Under the pieces are notes generated by a model. That model made no database searches. It saw nothing but the letters and a program-made list of their open reading frames with translations, and was not told the DNA's origin. The translations under genes and the position numbers were made by a program. DNA of 64,000 nt from Callorhinchus milii. Its lineage: Eukaryota. The DNA lies in assembly GCF_018977255.1 (NCBI RefSeq), contig NW_024704771.1, forward strand, positions 682,001-746,000, in the 5' to 3' direction. Below, piece after piece: positions 38,002-50,959 of the stretch. Each line of letters starts with the position of its first letter. The first letter of the stretch is position 1.

Positions 38002-40459
38002 TATGTCAGGGCCCTTGGAGAAGGTGCAGCGGAGATTTACACCAATGACACCAGGGACAACAACAACCACAAAACTACATTTGTATCGCGTTGGCAGGAT
38101 GTTGGGAGGATGACCCAAGGTGCTGGACAATCAGTGTTTGGGACACGAGCTGGCGGCCAAAGACAAAGCCCTGAGGGATGCCACACGTGATTGTGCGGCG
38201 GCTGAAGGAGAAGCCGTTAATGGGGACACGTTGGAGACGGTGCGAGAGGTAGGATTCGAACCAGTCAAGGGCACATCCGCAAAGATTGAGCTGAGAGGAG
38301 AGGTGGTGTTGGAAGATAGAACTAGACAGGGTTCTGGTTGCAATAATCCGTGCATTTGATATAGTGCTTTATCATGTATTCGAGATGTCGCAATGCACTT
38401 CACAGAATATACTGTACTTGACTATATTTTGTGAGTGAAACGCAGCAGCCAATTGCACACGGCAGTGTCCCACTGGATTGAGGACCCAAATTATTATTAT
38501 TATTATTTTTAAGGGATCATTACCTGCTAGAAAAGTCATCCGCCAATCGAGTAATAACCGGATTCCTACTGAATATTAGGTAAATAGAGGCTTTTGGAGT
38601 AAGGAAATTTGACCAAAGTTTGGCCCTGCGCAGGAATCAAAACCCAGGTCCTCTCGCTTGTGATGCAAGTTCTCTAATCACTGAGCTACAGCACTCAAGA
38701 TGAAGTCTATTAAATTGCATTGCAGATATGTAAACAAGACTGTACACCTGCTCGACTGCCATTGACCTGCAAGGTAGTGAGGTCAGTTGTAGAACTGATT
38801 GTAGGTTTGAGCTAAATCCCCAAAGTCCAACAGGAGACCTCAATTTGTGAGCTGTCACCATCAGAAACAGCCCCAAACGAGCAGCCCACGGACACTGATT
38901 TGGCAAATGAGCTCCGGGATCTGAGGTGTCTTCTAGGTTGTGTTGTGAGTAACCGCCCCATGCCGGGAACTAGGGTCTGACCCGCTAACTCGCTGGTAAT
39001 AAACAGCAGGACAGACTGATAGATGATAAACTTACCTGCGAGACTGGAGTTCCCTGTAAAGTCTATCTCAGGAGTGGCTGTCGGTGCTGCTGTGTTGGGA
39101 GGCAGGAAGCTGCAAGATGAAGGAGGATAGTATATGCTCTGGAGAGGGACAGGTGGATCTGAAAGACCAGGATTGGGAATGAACCAGAGAATTTGAAGTC
39201 ACAGGCGAGTTCCATAACCACCATCGGAAACACTGCTCCTACTAGGCAGCCCATGGGCACTGACCTGGCTCTGAGTGGGATGTGGGCTCGGTTGTTGGGC
39301 TACGTGCCGGAGTGAAAGTGTCGCTGTGGATGTGGGTGGTTTCAGAAGCTGCAATGGATGGGAGCTGCTGTTGGTGTCTTTCGCCCTGTAAATAAACATG
39401 TGGGAGTTACTGGTCCGAGCACACAACAGGTAGACACTGCTGAGATCACACCAGATTCTGTCATGTGAGCCACACATTCAATAACTGTGTAGCATACGAA
39501 AGGGAATGTGTGATGACATCAAGTATCACACATCAGGCTCAGCCTCTGTAAGATAGTTCACAAGGACACAAGACTGATTTGCAATTGTATTCATTCGGAT
39601 TCACACACACCTCCCCAATGTGTTCAAATGATGTTGTTTCCACTTGACCGTTTCCAGCCGCTCTCATTCTGTTCATTTACAGCCCGATCCAGACCCATTG
39701 ATTGTCAATAAATGGGGGATAAGTGAGACTAACATAACGTAACATGTAGGAGCAGGAGGTGGCCATTCGGCCCTTCGAGCCTGCCCCGCCATTCAATCAT
39801 GGCTGATCTGCTAATCTAACTCCAGCTAATAACCTGACACTGCCTTATCCCCATATCCCTTAATCCCCTTTTGCAGTAAGAAATCTATTGATCTCAGTCT
39901 TGACTATGTTCAAGGACTGAGCGTCAACAGCCCTTTGGGGAAGTGAGTTCCATACATTCACTGCCCTTTGTGTGAAGAAGTTCTTCCTCAACTCAGTGCG
40001 AAAGGGTTGGCCTCTGATTTTAAGGTTGTGACCCCTGGTTTAGTTTCTCCAACCGGGGGACACAATCTCCCACTATCTACTCTATCTGCCCTTTGATGAT
40101 CTTATAGGTTTCTATTAGATCCCCTCTAATTCTTCTATATTCTAGAGAATATAGGCCCAAATTGTTCAGCCTATCCTCGTAACTCATCCCCTTCATCCCT
40201 GGTACTAACCCAGTAAATCTACGCTGCGCCCCCTCCGAGGCAAGTACATCCTTCCTTAAATGAGAAGACCAAAACTGCCCAGTATTCCAGGTGTGGTCTC
40301 ACCAGAGCCCTATACAGTGGCAGCAACACTTCCCTACTCTTATACTCTAATCCTTTCATAATGAACGCTAACATACCGTTCCCTTCCTAATTGCTGCTGC
40401 ACCTGCAGACTAACTTTCTGTGACTGGTGTACAAGGACACCCGAGTCCCTCTGGACACT
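38002..40459 (+). repeat. Inverted duplication 2, left arm (partner 47402-49854)
   Basis: Near-identical reverse complement; the ORF track shows the same peptides mirrored (38637/48951, 39063/48597, 39199/48380). Confidence 0.95.
39730..40459 (-). mobile_element. CR1 LINE 3' end (inside the duplicated arm)
   Basis: Reverse complement of 47402-48125; encodes the [14 protein letters not shown]-type CR1 C-terminus. Confidence 0.85.
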
Positions 40460-41739
40460 TAGAGCTAAAGAGCACTGCCCCAGAGGGCGCTGACACCAGC
40501 AGTGTGCTGCTCTCATTCTACGCCGCCGATGACATCTACAACGCGGAGGAAACAGTGCTGTACTAACGTCCAGGGACAGACGGCTGATTGTATTTCCACC
40601 GGACGGCGCTGAGCCGTGTGAAGAGGGCAATGGAGAGCATCGCACTGATGCCCTGTGTTAACATGACCGGCAGCGACCGGCGCAAACCGCTGGTCATCGG
40701 GAAGAGCCAGTGCCCTCACTGTATGAAGGGGGTCGATCTCACTGTTCTAACCATCACCTATAAGGCCAACAAGATGGTGTGGATGATGAGAGGGATCTTT
40801 AAGGAGTGGCTGACACAGTGGGACACAGAGCTGGTCGAGCAGGGGCGTAAGATACTTGTTTTTGTGGACAGCGCACCATGTCACCTGCCCATTCCAACCC
40901 TCGAGAACATCTGCCTGGAGATGTTCCCCCTGGACACCACTCTGATCGAGCCCATGGGTCAAGGGATCATCCGAAACCTGAAGCTCTCCTACTGCAAGGA
41001 GCTATGAAAGTGCCTCCTGGACGCCATCGATGGCAGCGTGATCAGCCCCCACACCACTGTGGGAGAGGTGGTGAGACACATCAGCCTCTGGATGCCATCG
41101 GCATGGTTGCCATTGCCTGGGAGAGCAGGAAGCCTGTGATCATGTCCGACTGCTTCACAAAGGCCGGGTTTGTGACTGGTGACGCTGCTCCCTGCACTGA
41201 GGCTGAGGGGAGGACAAGCGCAGAGGCCGAGGGCGAGAGGCAGATCACTGACCAGTTCCTGGACATTGATGCTGATCTACTCTACCGTGATCCCCAGGAC
41301 CAGGAGGCCATCGTGGCTGAAGCTGTGGTCGCCGAGCGGCCGCTAGTCGTGAACGACAGCGACAGCAACTCTGAGGAGAACGAGGCCCCATCTGTGATGG
41401 CCGGCACAGCTCTGACTGGCCTGCGAGAGGCAGAAAGCTTCGTACTAAAGAGCGGACTCTATGACAAGTGTTAGAATGCACTTCATGACATCATTGTGAG
41501 CAGCAGAGAGAGACGTCACACTGTTCTTGTGCAGTCCGACTTGAGAGAAGTTTTCAATAAAATAGGTTCAATTTCCTCCTGACGTGAAAGCCGCTGTACA
41601 AATGTAGTTTGTTGCTGCAGTAATTGGATGAAAAAACGGGTGAGATTTAATGCATTGAAACCAGTTAACTTCAGGGCCCCTCTTAATTCGGACAAAATGC
41701 CCGGCCCTGGCGTGTCCGTCTTAAGTGGCTTCCACTGTA
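40460..41739 (+). mobile_element. Tigger/pogo DNA transposon, 5'-truncated, with a right terminal inverted repeat-like end
   Basis: DIYNAEET, NMTGSDRRKPLVIGKS, YKANKMVWM..GIFKEWL, RKILVFVDSAPCHL and IEPMGQGIIRNLK (DDE_1 motifs), with frameshifts. The terminus ...GTGTCCGTCTTAAGTGGCTTCCACTG is followed by TA (41738-41739). The left TIR is not seen. Confidence 0.85.
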
Positions 41740-43959
41740 TACGCTCGGCCTCACTGTCGTTTTAAGCCTCAGCAAATGACTCTGTTCCTCAAATCACATC
41801 ACAACATCCATCAGGAGACACGAGGAAAAGGTGAATTTACTCGGGTTCAGGTGTGACGTCAGCAATTATACTGATGTGAGGTTCACTGTGTAACTATGTC
41901 CTGTAACTTCTCAGCTCTTATGTTTACAGCGAATCCTGTGAAGCCCTTTGGAATGTTCTTCTGACATGAAAAGGCACTTCTCAAATATTATTATTATGAT
42001 TATTATTGTTGTTTTACTGTGAACATTGGGGTGAAGTTTCCCAGTGCAACACCACCATCTGTTGGCAGTAACGCGGTACTGCAGGTTTATGTATTTAACG
42101 CTGTGTGTGGCTTCACTGTCATTTTAAACCACAGTAACTTTCAGCAAATGATTCTATTCCTCAAATTACACCACAACATCCATCAGGAGAAACGAGGAAA
42201 AGGTGAATCTATTTTTCTGTCTGTAATAAAGTGTTACTGCGGGAGTTTAAAATATTATATTTTTCAGTCAATTCACTTTACATTATATCCTGTGAAGCAC
42301 TTTGAGACACCTCAAAGCTGTGATGAAGTGCTATTTCAAATGTAAGGATTATTATCTGAACTAATATAGAAAAAAGGTCTGTTTGTTTGTCTAATAAAAA
42401 TGCAAAAAACAATTAACATGATTTATACCTCATTGGAAAGTTCTTGCAGTGTGGAGTGTCATGGGCATATTTTTTTCGGGGATTTCCTATTGTTGATGAT
42501 CTTAAGCACCAAAATATGGGGTTTGCACAGTATTCTGCAACAAAATCACACACCATTCTATATTCTGCAATAAAGTGGCAAAAGGAGTCCTCCCAACAAG
42601 GAGTCCTTCCAAACACAAGTCCTCCCACAGGAGTCCTCTGAACAAGGACTCCTCCCACTGAGTCTTCTCACTCATTCCTCCCAACAGGAGTCCTCCCAAT
42701 AATTTTCTTAATATTAAAGATGCGGATGCGAAGATCAAGCCTTTCAAGGACAAATAAAAATGCTATGAAAAGAGAGAAGGCGAATTAAATGAAACTGAAG
42801 AACAAAGAACAGCAGAGTTGCACTTCACCACAGAAAGCCATGATCCCAAACCCTGTACATCGTGGCCGAAGAAGGAAAAACTGCAAATATTGTCTACACG
42901 GAAGCCTTGCAATAACTCGAGGACCTGCTGGATCACACAGTAAACCGCTTTGGTTGGCATAGCTTAGATACGATCTTCTTTCGTTCCTGAGCTATGACCC
43001 CTCGCACATGTATGGCAGTTTTGCTTAAGGTGTACACACAGTGCTTATGGTATGTTAAATGGTTTGTCAATGCCATCACTGAAATCTACATTCCATATTG
43101 GATCCTTTGGTTGCAAACAAATCTGTAATGGGCACAGCTCGTTATTATTATAAATTGGAGTTTAATATTTTTGAAGGAGTTTAAAATATTTTATTTTTCA
43201 TACACAAACCGATCTGTTTAGGATTGAAACAAAATTATTTAAACAAATTAAATAATTTGAAACCCAACTGTTGGTGGGACACTGCTGTGCGCCATTAGTG
43301 GCCGAAAATATATACGCAATTAACTTTACAGTATATTCCGTGAAGCGCTTTGAGACTCTCAAAGACTTTATTAGGCACTATATCAAATGCATTATTAATA
43401 ATCATATCTAGTGTTTCATTGTTTAATTAAATAAACAGATGAAAGGTATTAAAATGAATATAGTCATCAAAAGCGATCACAAAGGGAAGCAATGATTGAT
43501 TATTATTAATAAGAGAAAACAACTGATGTCTGTTTAATCGCCCCCCCCCCCCAATCTATTACTAATCTATTACTATTACTAACACCTGTTTAAGGGGAGC
43601 TGGGAGGGGGAAGTCCTGGGTCGGACCACTGAAAGTCCTGAGTCCTTTCAAAGGTTCCAACACATGATGCTCGTGAGTCAGTGAATGGCAGTGCCTCGGG
43701 AAACGGTAAACAGCGGAAGATGTGATCGGGGAGGGTTGAAGGTTTGGTCGATGAAAGCCGGGAGAGGTTGGCCGTGGGCGGGCACTGGCGGGGCAAGAAA
43801 TTTCAAATCTCCCATCTGTGAGAGACCACTGAGGCCACGGGTGGATGAACGAGTGATGGTGAGTGACCAGTGAGGCCACGGGTGGATGAACAACAGGTGG
43901 GAGAGACCACTGAGGCCACAGGTGGATGAACGAGTGATGGTGAGTGACCAGTGAGGCGA

Positions 43960-46010
43960 AGGTTCGGCAGCTTCAGGCGCGGAGACGCCATTTCAAAATC
44001 CCCATCGAACTCATTGCCGGACGTCACTTCTGAGCTCAATTTTCAAATCCACCCCATCACACCCCTCCTCAAGCCCACCCTCCATCCCTCCCATCTCTCA
44101 CAAATGTACCGCTCCGCCCTCGCCCCCGCCAAATGGTCCTTTTACTCCAAGATAATCTTGGACGAGAAGGAAGACCCCAGCCTCCTATTCTTCAACACCA
44201 ATTCCTCCGTCCACCCTCCCACGCCTCGTCCATTCTCTCCTCAAGCTCTGACTGAGGAGATGCTGGATTTCCTCAAGTCCAAAATCCAGAAGATCTGTTC
44301 AGTTGCCTCCACCCTCCCAACGGCCACTCCGTCCCCTTCTCCCCCCCCCCCCCCCCACACTAACCCCTACCCATAACCTCCCTTCACCTTTTTGAACCTG
44401 TCTCCCCCTCCTCTCTCATCACCACCATAACCAGCATGAAACACACCACTTGCTCCCTTGACCCCATCCTCACACTTCTCCTTTCCTCCCAGTTCCACCT
44501 CCTCACTCCTCTACACTCCAACACCATCAATCACTCCCTATCATCCTGCACCGTTCCCTTCCTCCTAAAAACAGCTATAATCACCCCTATCCTGAACAAA
44601 CCTTCCCTGGACCCATCCCTGCTTTCTAACTACTGGCCCATCTCCAACCTCCCTCTTCTTTCCAAAGTCCTTGAAAGAGTTGTTGCTTCTCAGCTTCGTT
44701 CATTCCTCTCCTACCACTCCCTTCCCAATTCCCTCCAATTGAGTTTCTGAGCTGTTAGCAGCACAAAAACTGCTCTGGTCAAGGTGACAAAGGACATTTT
44801 GTCCATCTGTGACCAGGGCTCCCTCTGGCTCCTTGTTCTCCTCAACCTCTCTGCTGCCTTCGATACCGTGGACCACTCCATCCTCCTCCACCGTCTCTCC
44901 GCTCCCCTCAAAATTCAAGGTTCTCCCCTTGAATTGTTCAGGGCTTATCTCTCACACTATCTCCAATTTGTCTTCCGAACAGTTTCACTTCCAGACCCAC
45001 AGTCTTGTGAGGTGTTCCTCAGTTCCCCTCATTTCATTCACTGCATACACCCCCTCAGTGACATTATCCGCAGATGTAGGGTCAACTTCCACATGTATGT
45101 AGATGACACCCAACTCTATCTCTCTGCCTCCACCATTGATTCCAGGACAACTAATGTCCTGACAGACTGTCTGTCAGATGTCAAGTCCTGGATGAGAGTC
45201 AAGTTTCTGCAGCTGAATGTCAGCAAACCACGGCCCTCCTGATTGGCTCACTCCAGCACCTCCGCACCTCAGGCACTCGCAGCATCAGCATCCAAGGATG
45301 CACACTCCTCCTCACCAAACCAGTCAGGATCCTGTGTGTCCTGTTCGACACTCAACTGTCTTTTCTCCCCCATATAAATGCCATGACCCGCTCTGCCTTT
45401 CCCCCACCTCCACAACATTGCTCGACTCCTCCACTACCTCACCCGTCAGGCCACCGAAACCCTCATACACGCATTTGTCACCTCAAGGCTCAACTGCAGA
45501 ATCTCCCTCCTTGTCAGCCTCCCCAACCAGGCTCCGTGACTCGGTCACCCCCATCCTCGCCCGGCTCCACTGGCTCCCCATCACGCAGACGATGCAGTTC
45601 GACACCCTGGTCCTCAACTTCAAAGCCCACCATGGCCTCGCTCCTCTCTACCTCTGTGACCACTTAACCCCACCAACCTGTCTGCTCCCTCCGCTCAGCG
45701 TCTCCGGCCTGCTCCACGTCCCCTACCTTGTCCACCCCACCATTGGCGAATGTGCTTCAGCCTCTCTGCCCCCACCCTCTTGAACTCCATCCCTCAATCC
45801 ATCCACCTCTCCCCCTCCCTTGACACTTTCAAGGCCCATCTCAAGACACTCCTCTTTGACCATTCCATCGATCACCCTCTTACGTCTGCCCTCCCTGCCC
45901 TCCACCCCTCCTGATCCCAACCACCAGCTCAGGTTGGCATTCCTAACATCACAGCCCCTTGAGATGTCCTGACGTGAAATGTGCTGCGAAAATATAATTT
46001 GTTGTTCTTG
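43960..46010 (+). mobile_element. L2-clade LINE, degenerate ORF2 (RT) through 3' tail
   Basis: CSLDPI...LKTAIITPILNKPSLDP...PISNLPLLSKVLERVVASQL, LLNLSAAFDTVDHSILLHRL and FHMYVDDTQLY, with stops and frameshifts. Confidence 0.9.
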
Positions 46011-46790
46011 GTGTGTATCAGGGGGTGAGGGTTAGGGGTGTGTGTGTCAGGGGGTGAGGGTTAGGGGTGTGTGTATCGGGGTGAGGGTTAGGGGTGTGTG
46101 TATCAGAGGTTGAGTGTGTGCAGATTGTGTTCAATTATTGAACATAAAATAATAACACACGATTTATTGTAAATTGATCGAGTATTTTGTAAGTGAACGA
46201 CAATAATTTGGATATTAATATCCAGTTGAACAGACACAGACGGGACCTCGGTTTAGTGAGGGTTAAAGATCTCACTTCTTGGGTGACTGTTACAGTGAAC
46301 GAGAAATGTGACAGATTATAAAAGCTGTCACTGAAACTACACGGTGTTTATACACAGTGAGACGCGGCCACTCACTGGGGAACAACACGGCACCAGTTTA
46401 TAGATATAAAAATGATTTGGAAGATTTCAGTGAGATTCTGAGCACAGCCCCGACTGTGAGACTGGGCATTGCTGGAGAGAAAGATATCAGCGATATATAT
46501 CCCTGTCTCAGAGCGTGTGAGTCACACACTGGATGGCAAGTCAGATTCTCCCAACACAGGTGTGAGGGGGTGTGTGGGGATGTGAGGGTGTGTGTGGGGT
46601 GGATGTGAGGGTGTGTGTGGGGTGGGGGACGTGAGGCTGCGTGTGGGGGGGGAACGTGAGGGTACGTGTGTGGGGGATGTGAAGGTGCGTGTGGGGTGGA
46701 CGTGAGGGTTCGTGTGGGGGTGACGTGAGGGTGAGTGTGGGGGGGACGTGACAGTGCGTGTGGGGGGGACGTGAGTGCGTGTGGGGGATA
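45800..46790 (-). repeat. Diverged inverted copy of the butyrophilin 3' region (partner about 62930-64000)
   Basis: Matches the reverse complement of 63200-63990 with scattered substitutions; the ORFs at 46398 and 63157 share YRYK.DL.DFSEILSTAPTVRLGIAGEKDISDIYPCLRACESHTGWQVRFSQ. Confidence 0.9.
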
Positions 46791-48125
46791 CAATATAATT
46801 TGGCCGAGTCAACACGGCTTTACAAAAGGGAAGTCATGTTTGACAAATCTCAGAGAGTTTTTGAGGGCATTTCCAGTAAACTGGATATGGGTGAATCAGT
46901 GGATGTGGTCTTTTAGGACCTCCAGAAGGCATTCGATAAGGCGCCGCATAAAAGGTTAGTCCAAAAGATAAGGGCCCATGGAATTGGGGACCATATTAAC
47001 GTGGATTGGGGAATGGTTAACGGGTCGGAAACACAGATTAGGAATAAACGGGTCCTTTTCGGATTGGTGGGATGTGACGAGTGGAGTGCCACAAGGATCA
47101 GTCCCTGGGCCTCAGCTATTTACCATCTACACCAACGATCTGATGAGGACATCGAAGTTAATATATCTAAATTCGCGGATGACACAAAACAAAACGAGGA
47201 GGAAGTGTCAACACAGAGGATGACATTAAAAACGATGCAGCGAGACATAGAGAGGTGAGGTGACTGGGCAGGTAGGTGCCGATGAAGTATAATGTAGGGA
47301 AGTGCGAAGTCATCCGCCTCGATAGCAAAAACAGTAGAGTGGGTTATTTTTAGAAGGGGAGAGATTGGAATGTGTCNNNNNNNNNNNNNNNNNNNNNNNN
47401 NAGTGTCCAGAGGGACTCGGGTGTCCTTGTACACCAGTCACAGAAAGTTAGTCTGCAGGTGCAGCAGCAATTAGGAAGGGAACGGTATGTTAGCGTTCAT
47501 TATGAAAGGATTAGAGTATAAGAGTAGGGAAGTGTTGCTGCCACTGTATAGGGCCTGGTGAGACCACACCTGGAATACTGGGGCAGTTTTGGTCTTCTCA
47601 TTTAAGGAAGGATGTACTTGCCTCGGAGGGTGCAGCGTAGATTTACTGGTTAGTACCAGGGATGAAGGGGATGAGTTACGAGGATAGGCTGAACAATTTG
47701 GGCCTATATTCTCTAGAATATAGAAGAATTAGAGGGGATCTATAGAAACCTATAAGATCATCAAAGGGCAGATAGAGTAGATAGTGGGAGATTGTGTCCC
47801 CCGGTTGGAGAAACTAAAACCAGGGTCACAACCTTAAAATCAGAGGCCAACCCTTTCGCACTGAGTTGAGGAAGAACTTCTTCACACAAAGGGCAGTGAA
47901 TGTATGGAACTCACTTCCCCAAAGGGCTGTTGACGCTCAGTCCTTGAACATAGTCAAGACTGAGATCAATAGATTTCTTACTGCAAAAGGGGATTAAGGG
48001 ATATGGGGATAAGGCAGTGTCAGGTTATTAGCTGGAGTTAGATTAGCAGATCAGCCATGATTGAATGGCGGGGCAGGCTCGAAGGGCCGAATGGCCACCT
48101 CCTGCTCCTACATGTTACGTTATGT
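46790..48125 (+). mobile_element. CR1 LINE RT/3' portion spanning the 25-N gap
   Basis: [32 protein letters not shown] and ISKFADDTK. The copy at 56.6 kb reads GGAATGTGTC-AGTGTCCAG with no intervening bases, so the gap is probably zero-length. Confidence 0.9.
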
Positions 48126-49854
48126 TAGTCTCACTTATCCCCCATTTATTGACAATCAATGGGTCTGGATCGGGCTGTAAATGAACAGAATGAGAGCGGC
48201 TGGAAACGGTCAAGTGGAAACAACATCATTTGAACACATTGGGGAGGTGTGTGTGAATCCGAATGAATACAATTGCAAATCAGTCTTGTGTCCTTGTGAA
48301 CTATCTTACAGAGGCTGAGCCTGATGTGTGATACTTGATGTCATCACACATTCCCTTTCGTATGCTACACAGTTATTGAATGTGTGGCTCACATGACAGA
48401 ATCTGGTGTGATCTCAGCAGTGTCTACCTGTTGTGTGCTCGGACCAGTAACTCCCACATGTTTATTTACAGGGCGAAAGACACCAACAGCAGCTCCCATC
48501 CATTGCAGCTTCTGAAACCACCCACATCCACAGCGACACTTTCACTCCGGCACGTAGCCCAACAACCGAGCCCACATCCCACTCAGAGCCAGGTCAGTGC
48601 CCATGGGCTGCCTAGTAGGAGCAGTGTTTCCGATGGTGGTTATGGAACTCGCCTGTGACTTCAAATTCTCTGGTTCATTCCCAATCCTGGTCTTTCAGAT
48701 CCACCTGTCCCTCTCCAGAGCATATACTATCCTCCTTCATCTTGCAGCTTCCTGCCTCCCAACACAGCAGCACCGACAGCCACTCCTGAGATAGACTTTA
48801 CAGGGAACTCCAGTCTCGCAGGTAAGTTTATCATCTATCAGTCTGTCCTGCTGTTTATTACCAGCGAGTTAGCGGGTCAGACCCTAGTTCCCGGCATGGG
48901 GCGGTTACTCACAACACAACCTAGAAGACACCTCAGATCCCGGAGCTCATTTGCCAAATCAGTGTCCGTGGGCTGCTCGTTTGGGGCTGTTTCTGATGGT
49001 GACAGCTCACAAATTGAGGTCTCCTGTTGGACTTTGGGGATTTAGCTCAAACCTACAATCAGTTCTACAACTGACCTCACTACCTTGCAGGTCAATGGCA
49101 GTCGAGCAGGTGTACAGTCTTGTTTACATATCTGCAATGCAATTTAATAGACTTCATCTTGAGTGCTGTAGCTCAGTGATTAGAGAACTTGCATCACAAG
49201 CGAGAGGACCTGGGTTTTGATTCCTGCGCAGGGCCAAACTTTGGTCAAATTTCCTTACTCCAAAAGCCTCTATTTACCTAATATTCAGTAGGAATCCGGT
49301 TATTACTCGATTGGCGGATGACTTTTCTAGCAGGTAATGATCCCTTAAAAATAATAATAATAATAATTTGGGTCCTCAATCCAGTGGGACACTGCCGTGT
49401 GCAATTGGCTGCTGCGTTTCACTCACAAAATATAGTCAAGTACAGTATATTCTGTGAAGTGCATTGCGACATCTCGAATACATGATAAAGCACTATATCA
49501 AATGCACGGATTATTGCAACCAGAACCCTGTCTAGTTCTATCTTCCAACACCACCTCTCCTCTCAGCTCAATCTTTGCGGATGTGCCCTTGACTGGTTCG
49601 AATCCTACCTCTCGCACCGTCTCCAACGTGTCCCCATTAACGGCTTCTCCTTCAGCCGCCGCACAATCACGTGTGGCATCCCTCAGGGCTTTGTCTTTGG
49701 CCCCAGCTCGTGTCCCAAACACTGATTGTCCAGCACCTTGGGTCATCCTCCCAACATCCTGCCAACGCGATACAAATGTAGTTTTGTGGTTGTTGTTGTC
49801 CCTGGTGTCATTGGTGTAAATCTCCGCTGCACCTTCTCCAAGGGCCCTGACATA
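47402..49854 (-). repeat. Inverted duplication 2, right arm
   Basis: Reverse complement of 38002-40459 with several single-base deletions. Confidence 0.95.
48472..48821 (+). other. Candidate orphan S/T/P-rich exons 48472-48592 and 48699-48821 (mirrored on the minus strand at about 39385-39036)
   Basis: TTTATTTACAG|...GAGCCAG|GTCAGT and TCTTTCAG|...CTCGCAG|GTAAGT; phases 0-1 and 1-1, stop-free, separated by a 106-nt intron. Confidence 0.35.
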
Positions 49855-49957
49855 AAATGGAAGGCAAACTAGATGGACTTTGGGCTTTATTCGTCTCACA
49901 TTTCTTATGTCCTTATAATTAAACAAGAGTTTTCTTACTGTTTGTATTTAATTCCAG

Positions 49958-50373
49958 GACAACGTGAAATCCTCTTTAGCTTCTCTCACACAGAGGAAGG
50001 CCACTGCTCTCAGAGCTGAAGTTAAACAGAAACAAAAGATTTCACAAGTGAAGGTAAGTTGTGTCGGGGCTGATGTCTGGGCTCTCAGTCGTGTGTCTCT
50101 CTTTACTGTGCGCAGTGTGATGTCTGACACTTCATTTTGCAGCAACAGGCGAACAGTCTGGAGAACCACGTCACGGCACAGTTTGCTAAAATGTGCCATA
50201 GCCTCACTGACAGAGAGCAGCGTGTAATCCGAGAGCTCAGAGAGCGAGAGGAGGAGATTTTACACCAAATGGAGAATAATCTGTGACAGATTCAGGACAA
50301 GTTAGATTCTACAAAACATAATCTGTCAGAGTTACAGAAACAGATGGAAAAAGACACACTCACCTTTCTGCAG
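49958..50373 (+). pseudogene. TRIM (B30.2-class) coiled-coil exons 49958-50053 (96 nt) and 50143-50373 (231 nt) with an in-frame stop
   Basis: DNVKSSLASLTQRK...QKQKISQVK | QQANSLENHVTAQFAKM...REQRVIRELREREEEIL..MENNL*QIQDKL. The 96/231-nt phase-0 exon pair is typical of class IV TRIMs. TGA at 50284-50286. No RING/B-box exon was seen. Confidence 0.8.
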
Positions 50374-50959
50374 GTAAAGAGATTAAATTATAATGGAGTT
50401 CAGTAACAGTTACACACAGTCTGGAGCAGAAAGTCAAAGTCTGACTGTTAAACAGCCCAGAGATTTTATTGATTATTTGGTATTTTCTGATGGCGACTCT
50501 GCTGCTGTCACTCAGTACAGAATTGAACCCACATCAGTCACTCCAGGCCTGCGGTGTCCCTGCAAAGCCAACATCCAGGACACGTCAGCTGTGGTTATCC
50601 TGGGATCAACATTTATTCATCTGTGGGAGAATTTATCATTTACCATCTATTACAGTGTATCCTCTTACTGTTCTATTACTGTTATCTACAGTTGAGTACA
50701 GATACATCTGTCTATCTGTCTATCTGTGACCAGGGCTCCCTCTGCTCCTCATCCTCCTCGACCTCTCTGCTGCCTTTGATATACCATAGACCACTCCATC
50801 CTCCTCACCGCCTCTCCTCTCACCTCAACTTTAAGGTCCCCTCAAGGATAGAATTCAAATCCTTGTCCTCACTTTCAAGGCCCTCCTCGGCCTTGTCCCC
50901 TCCTACATCTCTGACCTGTTGACCCACCACCAACCTGTCCGCTCCCTCCATTCAGCTGC

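Noticed and set aside
42585-42705. Short GAGTCCTCCCA-type repeats as a coding repeat
   Set aside because: Irregular unit length, in-frame stops and no splice context.
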